DNA of 63,563 nucleotides, counting the filler, from Octopus bimaculoides (Eukaryota), in assembly GCF_001194135.2 (NCBI RefSeq). It is 6 parts of 6 records of this genome, joined end to end, with 100 filler letters (N's around TTAATTAATTAA, not from the genome) between each part and the next. Parts side by side here need not be neighbours in the genome. Positions count along the whole stretch, not along the records: positions 1 to 27,518 come from NC_068982.1; 5 more parts are not named here. One strand, 5' to 3'. This document shows positions 1-13,153 of this stretch, one piece after another. A model generated the notes under the pieces. It was given only the letters and a program-made list of their open reading frames with translations, was not told the DNA's origin and ran no database searches. The stretch's first letter is position 1; the number at the start of each line of letters is the position of its first letter. The translations under genes were made by a program, and so were the position numbers.

Positions 1-59
1 ATATGTGATAGTGGATTTTCATCGATGAGTTCCTGAAAATTGATTATTTTCCCAAAAAC

Positions 60-90
<31 letters not shown>

Positions 91-617
91 TTGTATATAT
101 GTATGTATATATATGTGTGTGTATATGTATGTCTATAGGCGTAGATGCATATATATGTGTATGTGTGTATATGTATTTTTGTGTATATGTGAGTGTGAGT
201 TTAAACGTGGGTGTGTATATAAATATGCATATATGAACTTATTGGAGTAAATGTGGGTCTGTTTGTGTATATATATGCGCATACACATAAGTATAAGTGT
301 TTACATACATTCATCTCAATATTTTCATAGAAACACAGTATTAACCCCATTTATAATGCCTTTTTATTACGTAACATTCCTCTCCAAAAAAATGTTTTTA
401 TTGGATTTATTTCATCCCATCTACTCCCAAATCTACACTCTCAATTTTCCCTCTCTCTCTCTCTCTCTTCTCCTTTTTTTTCTCTTCCTTTCTTGTCCAA
501 CGTACTATCTGGTAGCGTCCACATCTCTAACGGTTTTTTTCAAATGAATTACGTTAATACCTTATCCAACTATAGTGCTCATACTCGGTCATAATGTCTT
601 AAGTTTAAGATGGTTCC

Positions 618-716
618 CATACATTCCCTGAGGAGAAGTTTACATTTTTAACATCGACGATTCCTATGGATCGCATAAATTGTAATTCTTCGAAACGTAT
701 GTCGGAATAAAGTATG
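618..716 (+). ncRNA. Type I hammerhead ribozyme (PLE pseudo-LTR/retrozyme type)
   Basis: Stem I: CATAC-ATTCC (618-627) pairs with GGAAT-[AAA bulge]-GTATG (704-716). Core: CTGAGGA (628-634) and GAAAC (692-696). Stem II is closed by GAAG/CTTC and extended by TTACA/TGTAA. Stem III is 2 bp with loop GTAT, followed by a GTC cleavage triplet (701-703). The unit lies between (CT)n and (TA)n tracts. Confidence 0.8.
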
Positions 717-971
717 CAGTTATAACATGCGTTTACTCCATTCCTTAAATGTATATATANNNNNNNNNNNNNNNNNNNNNNNNNNNNNNNNNNNNNNNNN
801 NNNNNNNNNNNNNNNNNNNNNNNNNNNNNNNNNNNNNNNNNNNNNNNNNNNNNNNNNNNNNNNNNNNNNNNNNNNNNNNNNNNNNNNNNNNNNNNNNNNN
901 NNNNNNNNNNNNNNNNNNNNNNNNNNNNNNNNNNNNNNNNNNNNNNNNNNNNNNNNNNNNNNNNNNNNNNN

Positions 972-1014
<43 letters not shown>

Positions 1015-1407
1015 CCAGTTTTAATTTGCATGAATATATGAAGGTGCAGAAAGGGCAGGAAATGGCTGACTGCGGAATAAAAGAGGATATATAAATGTGT
1101 GTTGTCCGTATCAGTAATTTAGTATTTCTTATTTACCGACAACATGCAGTTTCTATAGAGACATATGGATTTACCTATGTGATGATCTATTGAGGATAGT
1201 AAAATAAACTAGTTGAAGTTTTCCTTCAGTCACGGAGTTTAGCCAGGATTACAAACTAGGAAAAGTGAATACGGCACCTGCTAGGATTCCATATCCCTAG
1301 CGACCTAATTTGGAAATTCTCCTTTATATATGCATAAGGTAAACTTACTTGGAATTGAATGCGTGGCGTTCAATGATATAAGTATGCAATAATATAATAT
1401 ATATGCA

Positions 1408-1444
<37 letters not shown>

Positions 1445-2413
1445 NNNNNNNNNNNNNNNNNNNNNNNNNNNNNNNNNNNNNNNNNNNNNNNNNNNNNNNN
1501 NNNNNNNNNNNNNNNNNNNNNNNNNNNNNNNNNNNNNNNNNNNNNNNNNNNNNNNNNNNNNNNNNNNNNNNNNNNNNNNNNNNNNNNNNNNNNNNNNNNN
1601 NNNNNNNNNNNNNNNNNNNNNNNNNNNNNNNNNNNNNNNNNNNNNNNNNNNNNNNNNNNNNNNNNNNNNNNNNNNNNNNNNNNNNNNNNNNNNNNNNNNN
1701 NNNNNNNNNNNNNNNNNNNNNNNNNNNNNNNNNNNNNNNNNNNNNNNNNNNNNNNNNNNNNNNNNNNNNNNNNNNNNNNNNNNNNNNNNNNNNNNNNNNN
1801 NNNNNNNNNNNNNNNNNNNNNNNNTATATATATATATATATATTTCCTAATATATAACACACACATATATAGAAATATAGATACATACATACATATACAT
1901 ATACACACATTTATTTATGTATGCGTAGGTATATATTATAATTATGTATATTATAAATATTATACACTTTTTGGAGTAGATTGCATTGGCCACTAGGTAT
2001 TGGTTTATTTACCCTCGAAATGATGAAACTTTCAGTAAACCAAGGATGCATTTTGATTGTATTTTTTACACAGTTTGTTATCGAATGTTTCCAAAATTCA
2101 TGGCAAGTCTTTCTCCATCATATGTTAATTTACGTTCGTTGAATTGCATTATATATAACGTAATATTTATTTTCGTGTGTTTACTTCTCTCCTTCATTCT
2201 GTCTATGTATGCATATATTTGTGTGTGTGAGTTTACATCTGTGTACGTGTGAGTGTATGTCCAGAAGTTTGAATTATATTTCACAACCGCATGAGACAGA
2301 ATATGCAATGCAATTTGTGACTGGAATGTATGATAAGAGCGCTCTGAATATAATGATTTCGTTGAGCAGAATGCCTATTCATTCAAATATTTCACTCTGA
2401 GCAGAATGGTCAA

Positions 2414-3034
2414 TCACTCTCTGCTTGCATCCAACTTATAACTGAATTGAGAAGAATGTTTCACTAATGAACACGTCAGTGATTTAAAAAAAAAAATTCT
2501 CATTCTCTTAAACACTAACGTACATGTGCATGAGCAATTTTCAGTGACATAGCAGTACAAAAAGAAAAAAAATATTTGAGAAAAAATTGTCAATGCAAAC
2601 ACTGGAGCAAACGCCTTGGTTTCTAAAATATTCATAAAATCAATCCAAAATATGAAATGCAATAAAATCTGATCGAAAGAAAACTCATTGAATAATGACA
2701 GAAAACACTTCACATGAAAACATGAACTCAGAAAAGCAATGAAATCAACCCAAGAGAATATAGAATAAGCAAATCTCATGAGTAAAGCCAGTAACAGAAG
2801 ATACATTATGGTATATACCATAAGACAGAATTCAGATCTCAATGAAAAAGCTGAATAAAATGTGATAAGAATATCTAAGTTGTTAGTAAAATCATACAAT
2901 ATTGGCGCTACAGTGTGAGAAATGAAAAGAAAAACGATAAAATACGACAACGTGAAGATATAAAACATTAATAGCGAAAAAATAACTACACAAATGCAGC
3001 AAATGTTTAAACCCCAGCGTATATATATAATCTT
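2414..3034 (-). pseudogene. 207-codon hydrophobic multi-pass membrane ORF fragment, possibly the C-terminal half of a 7TM receptor, abutting a SINE
   Basis: I extended the 2414-2968 track ORF upstream to 3034 with no stop; the frame closes inside the SINE tail. It has about three long hydrophobic segments and ends in FFFLYCYVTENC..TLVFKRM, loosely like GPCR TM7/helix 8. No definitive family motif is present. Confidence 0.3.
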
Positions 3035-3439
3035 TTACTCTTTTACATGTTTCAGTCATTTGACTGAGGCCATGCTGGAGCACCGCCTTTAGTCGAGCAA
3101 ATCGACCTCAGGACTCCTTCCTTGGAAGCCATTACTTATTTTATCGAACTGTTTTGCCGAACCGCTAAGTCACGGGGATATAAAACACCAGCATCGGTTG
3201 TCAAGCGATGTTGGTGGGACAAAACACAGACACACAAACATACACATGCATACATATATATATATATACATATATACGACGGGCTTCTTTCAGTTTCCGT
3301 CTACCAAATCCACTCACAAGGCTTTGGTCAGCCCGAGGCTATAGTAGAAGACACTTGCCCAAAGTGCCACGCAGTTGGACTGAACCCCGGACCATGTGGT
3401 TGGTAAGCAAGCTACTTACCATACAGCCACTCCTGCGCC
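3031..3439 (-). mobile_element. tRNA-derived SINE, family A (major octopus-type SINE with internal (CA)/(TA) microsatellite)
   Basis: Head GGCGCAGGAGTGGCTGTxTGGTAAGTAGC and B-box-like GGTTCAGTCC, with a (TAAAAGAG)n tail. Near-identical copies recur throughout the window. Confidence 0.9.
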
Positions 3440-5145
3440 TATATATNNNNNNNNNNNNNNNNNNNNNNNNNNNNNNNNNNNNNNNNNNNNNNNNNNNNNN
3501 NNNNNNNNNNNNNNNNNNNNNNNNNNNNNNNNNNNNNNNNNNNNNNNNNNNNNNNNNNNNNNNNNNNNNNNNNNNNNNNNNNNNNNNNNNNNNNNNNNNN
3601 NNNNNNNNNNNNNNNNNNNNNNNNNNNNNNNNNNNNNNNNNNNNNNNNNNNNNACATACACATGCATACATATATATATATATAATTTTTTTTCTCCAAA
3701 TGACTCTAAAGGTGACTGCGGCAGCGGTAGTGGATGTTAATAGTTATCGCCAAGCTAACATAGCAGTCCAGAAATGTAGGACGAATGCTGTCGTTGATTA
3801 GCTCCAAGAAGCCATTGCCTCTAGCTACCTATGTGACACACAAACCTGTGTCCATTATAAACTTCAAACAGGGGAGGTCACCCGATTCCCGTTGCTCGTC
3901 TGGCATCTACAGACTAGTTTCTGGGTATTGCCCCTTATCAATGTAGAGCAGCCGAACGCAGCAGGCGTCGCTACTGACCATCTGTACAAAGGATTATTTA
4001 CCCAAATTCAGTGAAATACATCCACTGGTTTTCAAAAATAGAATATTTCTAGGTCTCTTTAAAGGAGACTACGTCAGCGGTACTGGACACGCACAAAAAA
4101 TGTACACACACGCGCACACATACACACACGGAAGCACACATACAGACACAGATAAACACACATAAACACACACACACCCGTACCTAACACTCACAATTCC
4201 CCCCACACACACACATCCATACACATACACACACACGCACACCCCCACATACACACACACACGCACACACACTTCTCACCAACACTACACACTCACACAG
4301 ACACGCATACAATCACACACACACGGGCATAAACAATACGAGCACTTACAATAGCAAACGCACGCACACACACGTACACAGCAACGCACATATACACAAC
4401 ATACACATACACACAAACACACACGCACGTACACGTACCCAACACCTACAACCCCACANNNNNNNNNNCACACACACACCCGTACCTAACACTCACAATT
4501 CCCCCCACACACACACATCCATACACATACACACACACGCACACCCCCACATACACACACACACGCACACACACTTCTCACCAACACTACACACTCACAC
4601 AGACACGCATACAATCACACACACACGGGCATAAACAATACGAGCACTTACAATAGCAAACGCACGCACACACACGTACACAGCAACGCACATATACACA
4701 ACATACACATACACACAAACACACACGCACGTACACGTACCCAACACCTACAACCCCACACAAACACGAACACACACATACTCAAAAAAACACCTGTTGA
4801 CCTTCTACCTAACACTGTCTATAAGCGTACGCTAACCATTCCTGCTACTAATTCCTTCCACTACGTCATATACACACACACGCACACAAACACACTAACA
4901 GATAAACCACCAAACCATGCACACACACACACACATACATACGCACACACACGTTCTGTTATCACACACACACTCGCAGACTCTCGGGCACGCACAGATA
5001 TTCATCCCCCTTTTTCACTCTCCTGTCTTAAAAAGAACTTTTCCCCCACCACCTCCTCTTCCGGTCTTTTCACAATGTAACCTCGTGGGCATCGGTACCA
5101 TTTTCCACTTTCTCCGTTCTTCCATTCTCCGAACTTTCCATCTTT

Positions 5146-5172
5146 CCGACGAAGGGCTACGCCCGAAACGTC
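5146..5172 (+). ncRNA. Minimal type I hammerhead motif (variant core; stem I not resolvable)
   Basis: CCGACGA-A-GGGC-TAC-GCCC-GAAAC-GTC, the layout of PLE minimal hammerheads, but with U4 changed to C. A gap follows 4 nt downstream. Confidence 0.5.
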
Positions 5173-6099
5173 ATACNNNNNNNNNNNNNNNNNNNNNNNN
5201 NNNNNNNNNNNNNNNNNNNNNNNNNNNNNNNNNNNNNNNNNNNNNNNNNNNNNNNNNNNNNNNNNNNNNNNNNNNNNNNNNNNNNNNNNNNNNNNNNNNN
5301 NNNNNNNNNNNNNNNNNNNNNNNNNNNNNNNNNNNNNNNNNNNNNNNNNNNNNNNNNNNNNNNNNNNNNNNNNNNNNNNNNNNNNNNNNNNNNNNNATAT
5401 ATAGTCAGTCTATAATCCCGAAAAAGAGCACGCTAAACATTAGCGGCCAAATGTTGTTGTTGTTGTTGTTGTTGTTATTGGTGATCGTGGTGGTGGTGGT
5501 GGTGGGGGGGGGTCGTCGTCGTCGTCGTCATCGTTGTCATCGTCGTGATGCTGGTGATAGTGATGTATGTGAAGGTACTAGAAGTGAGGAAGAATTAACA
5601 ATGGTGGAATAGCGGCGATGTAGAGGAGGGTCGAATAAACATTGTTTTTAGGTAGTTAATTGTTATGCCCGGTAATAGAGTGACCAGTAGTTTTCCCCTA
5701 TACGACGCTTAGCCGTACAGGCGACTAATCAGATCGAATTGGCCGAAGGCGCGTAAACTCTCTTTAACTGGAAAATATTCCTCACTGTCAGATCGTTTTG
5801 TAAACAAAACTAAAGCCTGAAATTCCCCATTCGTTCAATAGGTCCATCGCAGCTTCTGCAAATATCACCGGACTCTCGTACCTGCTTTTTTTTCTGATTG
5901 TGTCATACTTCTTTCTTTAAGTGGAGAGAGATTATGCGCCTTCGGGTGTTTGAATCCGATGAAATGGCTGCCAAGCAGTTTATAGGTACGAAGGCAACTG
6001 TCACTCTATGACCAGCCATAACAATTAACTTTCTAAGATATATATATATATATTATAATTTTTATAATAATATATATCAACTAGAATTTAGTAAACTGT

Positions 6100-7100
6100 A
6101 GTTGGACCCTGAATCTGTAACCATGTTAGTAATTAGCAAGTGATTTAAACTGTAATGATTTTTATAGTTTGGGGTGTCGTGCCTTTGGCCTTCTCATATG
6201 TATAATAGGCAGAATTTACTCAGGAACATTTAGATATTGACTTGTTCGTCAAGTATACTCAGCACTTCGAACTCTGTTGGATATTTATGATGTTAGATTT
6301 AGTATTGTAATTGTAGGTAAATGCACTAGTAACTACCTCTCCTATTGGTAGTCTCCCCTTAACCGTTAGTTACTACCGTACGGAAGCCCGTATTTATGTT
6401 GGGATGCTGTAAAATGACACAAGCGACCTTACGCCACTTACGACATAGACTTCTACCCCACACTTTTTATTTACTGTTTCATTTCTTTATTTACAACTGC
6501 TGTATAACGGTTTTAGATTGCCCTTTAACGGTTTTAGATTGCCCTTCGTTATAAATTTAACTGACCTATTATAGAGATGGCCGGAGTTTGTTCAATTCCA
6601 TTACGGACAGCAGGTGGTTGGTCTTTAGAATATTTCAGTAAGCATACTATTATTACAACTTTAAGGGTATCGTTTGGGGATAAATATCAATTAGCTCTAT
6701 TTATGAAACCATAAGTAATATTCTTTTTTTAGCCTTATTGGCGATCCCTGTTATACTTAAGCACACATTTTCTTTTCTTCCTATTTAATCACCCTGGAAC
6801 CCATAACGAAACATTAACCCACCAATTAGTTTTCTAGTTTATTTGCTAGTTTATTCATTTGCTCTTCGACGTCAAGCTTTACACTGCAAAATGGTATGAT
6901 TCTAATTTATTAAGAGTTCCTTCTTCATCTCGAGGCCCTGTTTTCCCCCATTCTCTTATTTTATATATTTGTATTCACCGTGATGAAGCTCGATGTACTA
7001 GTTCGGATGCGCTATAAAGATGACGAGTATTATTTTCATAATTTTCTTAGGCGGCACCAGCTGTCATTGGTAGCAGAAAAGGGTGTAAGCAATGTTCAAG
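6100..7100 (-). mobile_element. Highly degenerate Penelope-like element relic (RT thumb region)
   Basis: Minus-strand translation gives KKNITYGFINRA (6693-6728) and then, in frame, YSKDQPPAVRNGIEQ. These parallel TKRNIPYCLAR and KQKYPSRLIENGIQR in the 14-16 kb PLE. Many stops; boundaries uncertain. Confidence 0.45.
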
Positions 7101-8149
7101 CTTTGCATTTAAAAATATTTATACGATGGTAGTCAATTTACTTGTTGATCATATGTTTTCTCCATTTTCTGCATATTTTAAATTTGATTCCCGATAAACT
7201 CACATTTATTTTGTTATTACCTGTACCATATATGCACAGTATGCTTGCATACCCTTGACCAGGGTTAACATAGGTATTTTACACCGGTATTAATAACGGA
7301 TATTCTTAGCCCTTAGACCGTTACTCTAACCGCTAACTCTACTTGCCTATATATATATAAAGTTGCTAACCACTTAATTTATTACTTCAACATGGAACGC
7401 ATCATTCAAATTGCTACCAAAATACTGCCTGTATTTTCCTGGGATTGTACTTATAGACTATACCTTAACGGAAGTACGGACCAACCTTTATATCCTCTGG
7501 AAAATGATGAGCTGTTAACATTATTCTCCTGTCTGTATTCTATCTACTTTTAGTCTTTATTCTTCCATTTTATTCTTTATAAACTGTGAATTTCCTGGTC
7601 TAGAGCTTCCATACGTACTTATCTTGTCTCTAATGACGGAATACCCAGTGTACGAACATGCTAGCATATCACCTGAAATATCCCAGGCACAGCTGTAAGA
7701 CATCGAATTCACGTTACCCAAATTATGTTATTTTAAATGTCTTGAGGCATTTGTCCTATCTTGGCTTTTGTTGTCCTTTTTCCTCTAATATAATATAATA
7801 TAATATATATAGTTGGTCAATCACAGCGAAAACTGAGAAGACTGTAATAAATACTGATTTTCGAGAGGTCAATGAACTCAGAACAGCTTAAACACCTACC
7901 ATTGCTCAACACTACCAAGCAACTACAAACTATATAGATATACGTTACAAAACATTACCAGGCTTGGTCCACAGCACAAAATACATTGTGTTTCCTAGCA
8001 GTCAATGATCTGAACTATTTGAAAACAGTGATTTTATCAACGGAAAGTGATGGTTTTTTTTAAAAATTGTCAAATCCTTCTCAGCTTTCACTATTCGCTG
8101 AAAAACTCAAAACAATATTTAATCGAACAAGGAGAATTATCTTTTTATA

Positions 8150-9180
8150 AACACATACAGAAATGGAAAAGGAAGAGTTAAAAATAAATTCGTAATATAT
8201 CTTTAAAGAAGAAAATTCTTAAAAAATCAATAAACCAAAGGAAGATTTACTTTACATATGCGCAGTTGAATAGAAAATATGGAAATGCAAACAAAAGAAA
8301 AAAATACACACAATACAACTCTGCAAAAGGAAGTGCAACTAATCTCTACCGAAAATGGAAGACTTATCTTTACATAATAAAATGAAAGAGGAGGGATTAA
8401 AAATAAAAACATTATGAAGTACATAATTAAGTAAAACCTATAATGTTCATAAAAAAAACATTCTGGATGTTAAAGAAGGGTTTAAACTATATCAACAAAA
8501 GCATGCCGGATTAGAGGTGGTGAAAATCGTAGCGCTTCTATCAAAACAAGTTATCTGAATCAAATAGCAAAATATGTTTGAAGCCGTAAACCAAAATGAA
8601 TAGAAATGAAAATATCACTGGAAGGTTCAACATCCTCACATGAAATTCAAATATACCGGAGAGAATATGAAAAGAAATATTTATCACAATAATGAAAATC
8701 ACCATGTAGTAGACCAGAGGAAAAATAAATGATAGTGTAAATAATATGTACCAAACCATGCAATAAATTCGCTAAAGAATTAATAAATGCATGAAATAGG
8801 AAAACACTCGGGATTTAAGAGATTCCTCAGACCGTGGATTAAGAAGCTCTCTAATAGGATAAGTATATTCCTGAATGGTAGTAACATTCCGCAAAGAGGA
8901 AGTATGAGGAGGATCTGCGTTTGTCGGGTAACGAATGAATAAATAATATCAATTCCTCTCTCAAATATCAGATCTTCAATGTTTTAAGCAATAAACAAAA
9001 TATTTTATGAACAGTGTCATCTACAATAGGCCAGAAAAGTAGAAATAACGACGAAAATTCCAATATTACAACGGTAAAACTCCTTATATTATAAGAAAAA
9101 AATATAGAAAACAAATTTCAGAATGACTTGAACTGAATAAAGAAGTAGATTTCCTAGTATAACACACTGTTTCGTAATAG
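8150..9180 (+). mobile_element. Degenerate Penelope-like RT relic of a different lineage (PWxKK / GSxDGAExCELVG type)
   Basis: PWIKK at 8832. GGAAGTATGAGGAGGATCTGCGTTTGTCGGG (8898-8928) reads as an eroded GSYDGAEICELVG. NKEVDFL lies at 9136-9156. Motif order matches a PLE RT, with frameshifts and stops throughout. Confidence 0.5.
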
Positions 9181-9226
9181 AGATATTTCATATTTAAATG
9201 GCTGTCTCAATTCTTAATTCATCGAT

Positions 9227-9454
9227 TACTCTTTTACTTGTTTCAGTCGTTTGACTGCGGCCATGCTGGAGCAACGCCTTTTGTGGGGTAAATGGACCCC
9301 AGGACTTATTCTTTGTAAGCTTAGTAGTTATTCTATCGGTCTCTTTTGCCGAACCGCTAACTTACGGGGACGTAAATACACCAGCATAGTTTGTCAAGAG
9401 ATGTTCGGAGGGGGACAAACACAGGCACACAAACATACACACACACACACACGA

Positions 9455-9510
<56 letters not shown>

Positions 9511-9714
9511 GTATATACATATATACGATGGGCTTCTTTCAGTTTCGGTCTACCAAATCCATTCACAAGGTTTTGGTCGGCCCGAGGCTATAGTAGAAGA
9601 CACTTTCCCAAAGTGCCACGCAGTGGGACTGAACCCGGAACCTTGTGGTTCGTAAGCAAGCTACTTACAACACAGCCACTCCTTCGTCTATGCAAGCTAC
9701 TTACCACACAGCCA
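9227..9714 (-). mobile_element. SINE family A, full length, with a partial duplication of the head (9691-9714)
   Basis: Same head, body and tail as the 3031-3439 copy, with an internal (CA)n. Confidence 0.9.
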
Positions 9715-9924
9715 TGCTGGATACTAATCCCGCCGCCACAAACAACAAAGTGATATTCTGTACATTTTCCACCCAACAAAATAACACAATTGAAACTCCA
9801 TTTGGGAACAGGATTTTTGTCCTTGGGTAGCAATTGTTATTTCCTATTGGCTTACCCTTAGAAAGTATGAAAACTTTCCTTTTGTTACATTTATTAAAAC
9901 TCTAAAGAATTCTTCCCAAGACAT

Positions 9925-10075
9925 GGCTATGAACCTCCCCCTATTACTCCTGCTCATGATCAGAGATGCAGATATTGTTAGCCACTAAGGAAAATGTTCA
10001 AGTGTTTTCAGGTCAAGCAACCGACAAGCAAAGCTGTCGTATTGAACAGAACATTTGCTATAATGATATTTCCGC
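9925..10075 (+). mobile_element. Fragment of another interspersed octopus-type repeat (probable SINE 3' part)
   Basis: Recognised motif CTACTCCTGCTCATGATCAGAGATGCA...GGTCAAGCAACxGACAAGCAAA; recalled from memory only. Confidence 0.4.
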
Positions 10076-10654
10076 TTCAGCAACTCAGCGCTGAATCTGT
10101 CTGAAATGTAATGGAAAATAGGTCATTTTCAAACCATTGGTGTCTAGGTCACACAAGCAATATTTGAATGGAATAGTATTGGTTTTCTTAGATTTCTAGA
10201 TAAACAAATAGAAATAACATTTATTGATCAAAGACAAACAAATTGCGTCACACAGTGTTATGTGTGTATAACAACCTATAGCGAAAAATAAAATGTCCGC
10301 AATCATCACAGAAACATACCGATTTACACAGTCCATAACTTACCTTATATCGGAAACAGCTTACGTTCAATACGACCAACGAAAATAGATCAGGATGTCA
10401 CCGCATTTATATATCGTATCTCTCCAAAACTAACGCAGGTAACACGATACTCACATCACAATCGTATAACAGAAAACGCACATGTTCTACAAAACCTACC
10501 TAAGCCTAAATTATTTCAAGCAAGCTTAATCAAATTCAACAAAGATATTTAATATGCACAAAGTATATATATGCCCTACACTTCACGAGAAGATATATTA
10601 ATAGTGCAGACACCTCTTGATTAGTGTTCTTTTATTAGTAGAGTAAAATTAGAA

Positions 10655-10860
10655 TACTCATAATTCTTTCTAATATAGGCATATGGCCTTAGATTTTGGT
10701 AGAAGGAACAAGTCAATTATATAGACGCTAGTAGTCAATTGGTACTTATTTCGCCTAGACCAATAATCATAGGCAGAGTCGACATCGGCAGAATTTGAAC
10801 TCAGAAAGGAAGCAGTATTTGTCAAGGTTTGTTTAAAGTACTGCCACAGCCATCTCCTTC
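10655..10860 (-). mobile_element. SINE family B, degenerate
   Basis: Reverse complement of TTCTGAGTTCAAATTCxGCCGAxGTCGAC...AAGTACCA, the core shared with the 17939-18640 copies. Confidence 0.7.
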
Positions 10861-13112
10861 AATTTGGATTAATCAAAGTTGCAAGTCGGCTTACTAGATG
10901 TGTAGTAACAATAAATAAAAATTACAATATTCTAGGATAGTTATAACTAACTACCTCTCCGAAATGCACCACACATTCTGGAATGCACCACACAGAGCGC
11001 ATGGCCTAGTGGATAGGGCATGCACTTACGATCGCTATATCGTGATTTCAATTCATATATATATATATATATATANNNNNNNNNNNNNNNNNNNNNNNNN
11101 NNNNNNNNNNNNNNNNNNNNNNNNNNNNNNNNNNNNNNNNNNNNNNNNNNNNNNNNNNNNNNNNNNNNNNNNNNNNNNNNNNNNNNNNNNNNNNNNNNNN
11201 NNNNNNNNNNNNNNNNNNNNNNNNNNNNNNNNNNNNNNNNNNNNNNNNNNNNNNNNNNNNNNNNNNNNNNNNNNNNNNNNNNNNNNNNNNNNNNNNNNNN
11301 NNNNNNNNNNNNNNNNNNNNNNNNNNNNNNNNNNNNNNNNNNNNNNNNNNNNNNNNNNNNNNNNNNNNNNNNNNNNNNNNNNNNNNNNNNNNNNNNNNNN
11401 NNNNNNNNNNNNNNNNNNNNNNNNNNNNNNNNNNNNNNNNNNNNNNNNNNNNNNNNNNNNNNNNNNNNNNNNNNNNNNNNNNNNNNNNNNNNNNNNNNNN
11501 NNNNNNNNNNNNNNNNNNNNNNNNNNNNNNNNNNNNNNNNNNNNNNNNNNNNNNNNNNNNNNNNNNNNNNNNNNNNNNNNNNNNNNNNNNNNNNNNNNNN
11601 NNNNNNNNNNNNNNNNNNNNNNNNNNNNNNNNNNNNNNNNNNNNNNNNNNNNNNNNNNNNNNNNNNNNNNNNNNNNNNNNNNNNNNNNNNNNNNNNNNNN
11701 NNNNNNNNNNNNNNNNNNNNNNNNNNNNNNNNNNNNNNNNNNNNNNNNNNNNNNNNNNNNNNNNNNNNNNNNNNNNNNNNNNNNNNNNNNNNNNNNNNNN
11801 NNNNNNNNNNNNNNNNNNNNNNNNNNNNNNNNNNNNNNNNNNNNNNNNNNNNNNNNNNNNNNNNNNNNNNNNNNNNNNNNNNNNNNNNNNNNNNNNNNNN
11901 NNNNNNNNNNNNNNNNNNNNNTGCTAATGATTATGATTTAAACCAAGTTGTTTTCCACATTAGGATATAAAGTGTAAATAGCTCACGATTCCGTAGAATC
12001 TCTGCGCCGAACATAATATTATGATTAAATGTTTCTGCATTAACAGAATGACAATGAGTGAGAATGAAACACGTTAATCTCTAAGAAACAGAACTTTAAT
12101 TATGGATGCAGAATTTTTGTATTGAGACATTCAGATTTGTATGAACTAGAAATGCAAAGTTAAACTCGACGACATATGAACACATATTCCTATCATATGC
12201 AAATGACTTGTGTTATTTCGTTCAATGCTGTAAAAGTTTCTGCAATTTCTCATTCTGAACGTGGTAGATACATACAAGCACCAAATTGTTTCAAATTTTG
12301 GCGTAAATCCAGCAATTTCTGTTGGGTAGGAGCAAGTCGATTATTTTAATTCCGTTTCTTATTTTTACGTCGCGAAATGTTGAAAGTCAAAATTATGTGA
12401 GCGAAATTTGAAAACACAACGCAGTAATTCAGAAAAATACCGTAAATCATTTTTCCGGATGCGCTGCCGATTCTATCTGTGCGCCCCCTCAACATATATA
12501 CACATACGCGTACACACACGAGCGCATCAATCATTACAGCATTATGGGAATTATTAATGACATTTAAGACAAATTTAGCAGCGAAGTTTTCGAAAACTAT
12601 TTTGTTTTCTCCTATTCTAAAATCAGTTTCTGTAAATTATACGCATGCAATTCGTTAAAACACATATTATTCAATTTTTTAACAAATGGATTAATTAGAG
12701 AATGTCCATGATAAAGTTTCCGTTTTGAGAAATTTAGAAATGTCGTAATATCAAATTGAACGGAAATGAATGTTTGCAAAACAACGAACTGTAAACTCCA
12801 TAACAATATCCCAAATATTTGTTGATATATATAAAGAATATGAAGGCTGAAAGACATTTGGCGAATGTTCATGAAATATTTATTGTTTATGCATAAAAGT
12901 TTCATTTCTATCCCTATATAAATATCGCATGTTTAATCTCACTATCTCACTCACATAAACACACGAGCGCGCAGATGCACAGACGCGCACATACACACAC
13001 ATGCACACAGGTATATGCGTATGTTATGTGTTTGACTGCTTCTATGGGTTTGGTAATGTAAGTCATATGTGATATGTATATGCATACACGCGCTTCTCAC
13101 GTGCGTATACAT

Positions 13113-13153
<41 letters not shown>

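Noticed and set aside
4170-4760. ~290-bp direct duplication either side of a 10-N gap (similar cases at about 55752-55801 and 62501-62625)
   Set aside because: Typical unmerged contig overlap at minimal gaps; probably one copy in the genome.
5640-7790. Idea that this block is complemented or reversed without complementation (chance GFAMG and PIVS reads)
   Set aside because: The two chance motifs point in opposite directions, whereas normal minus-strand translation gives collinear PLE thumb motifs.
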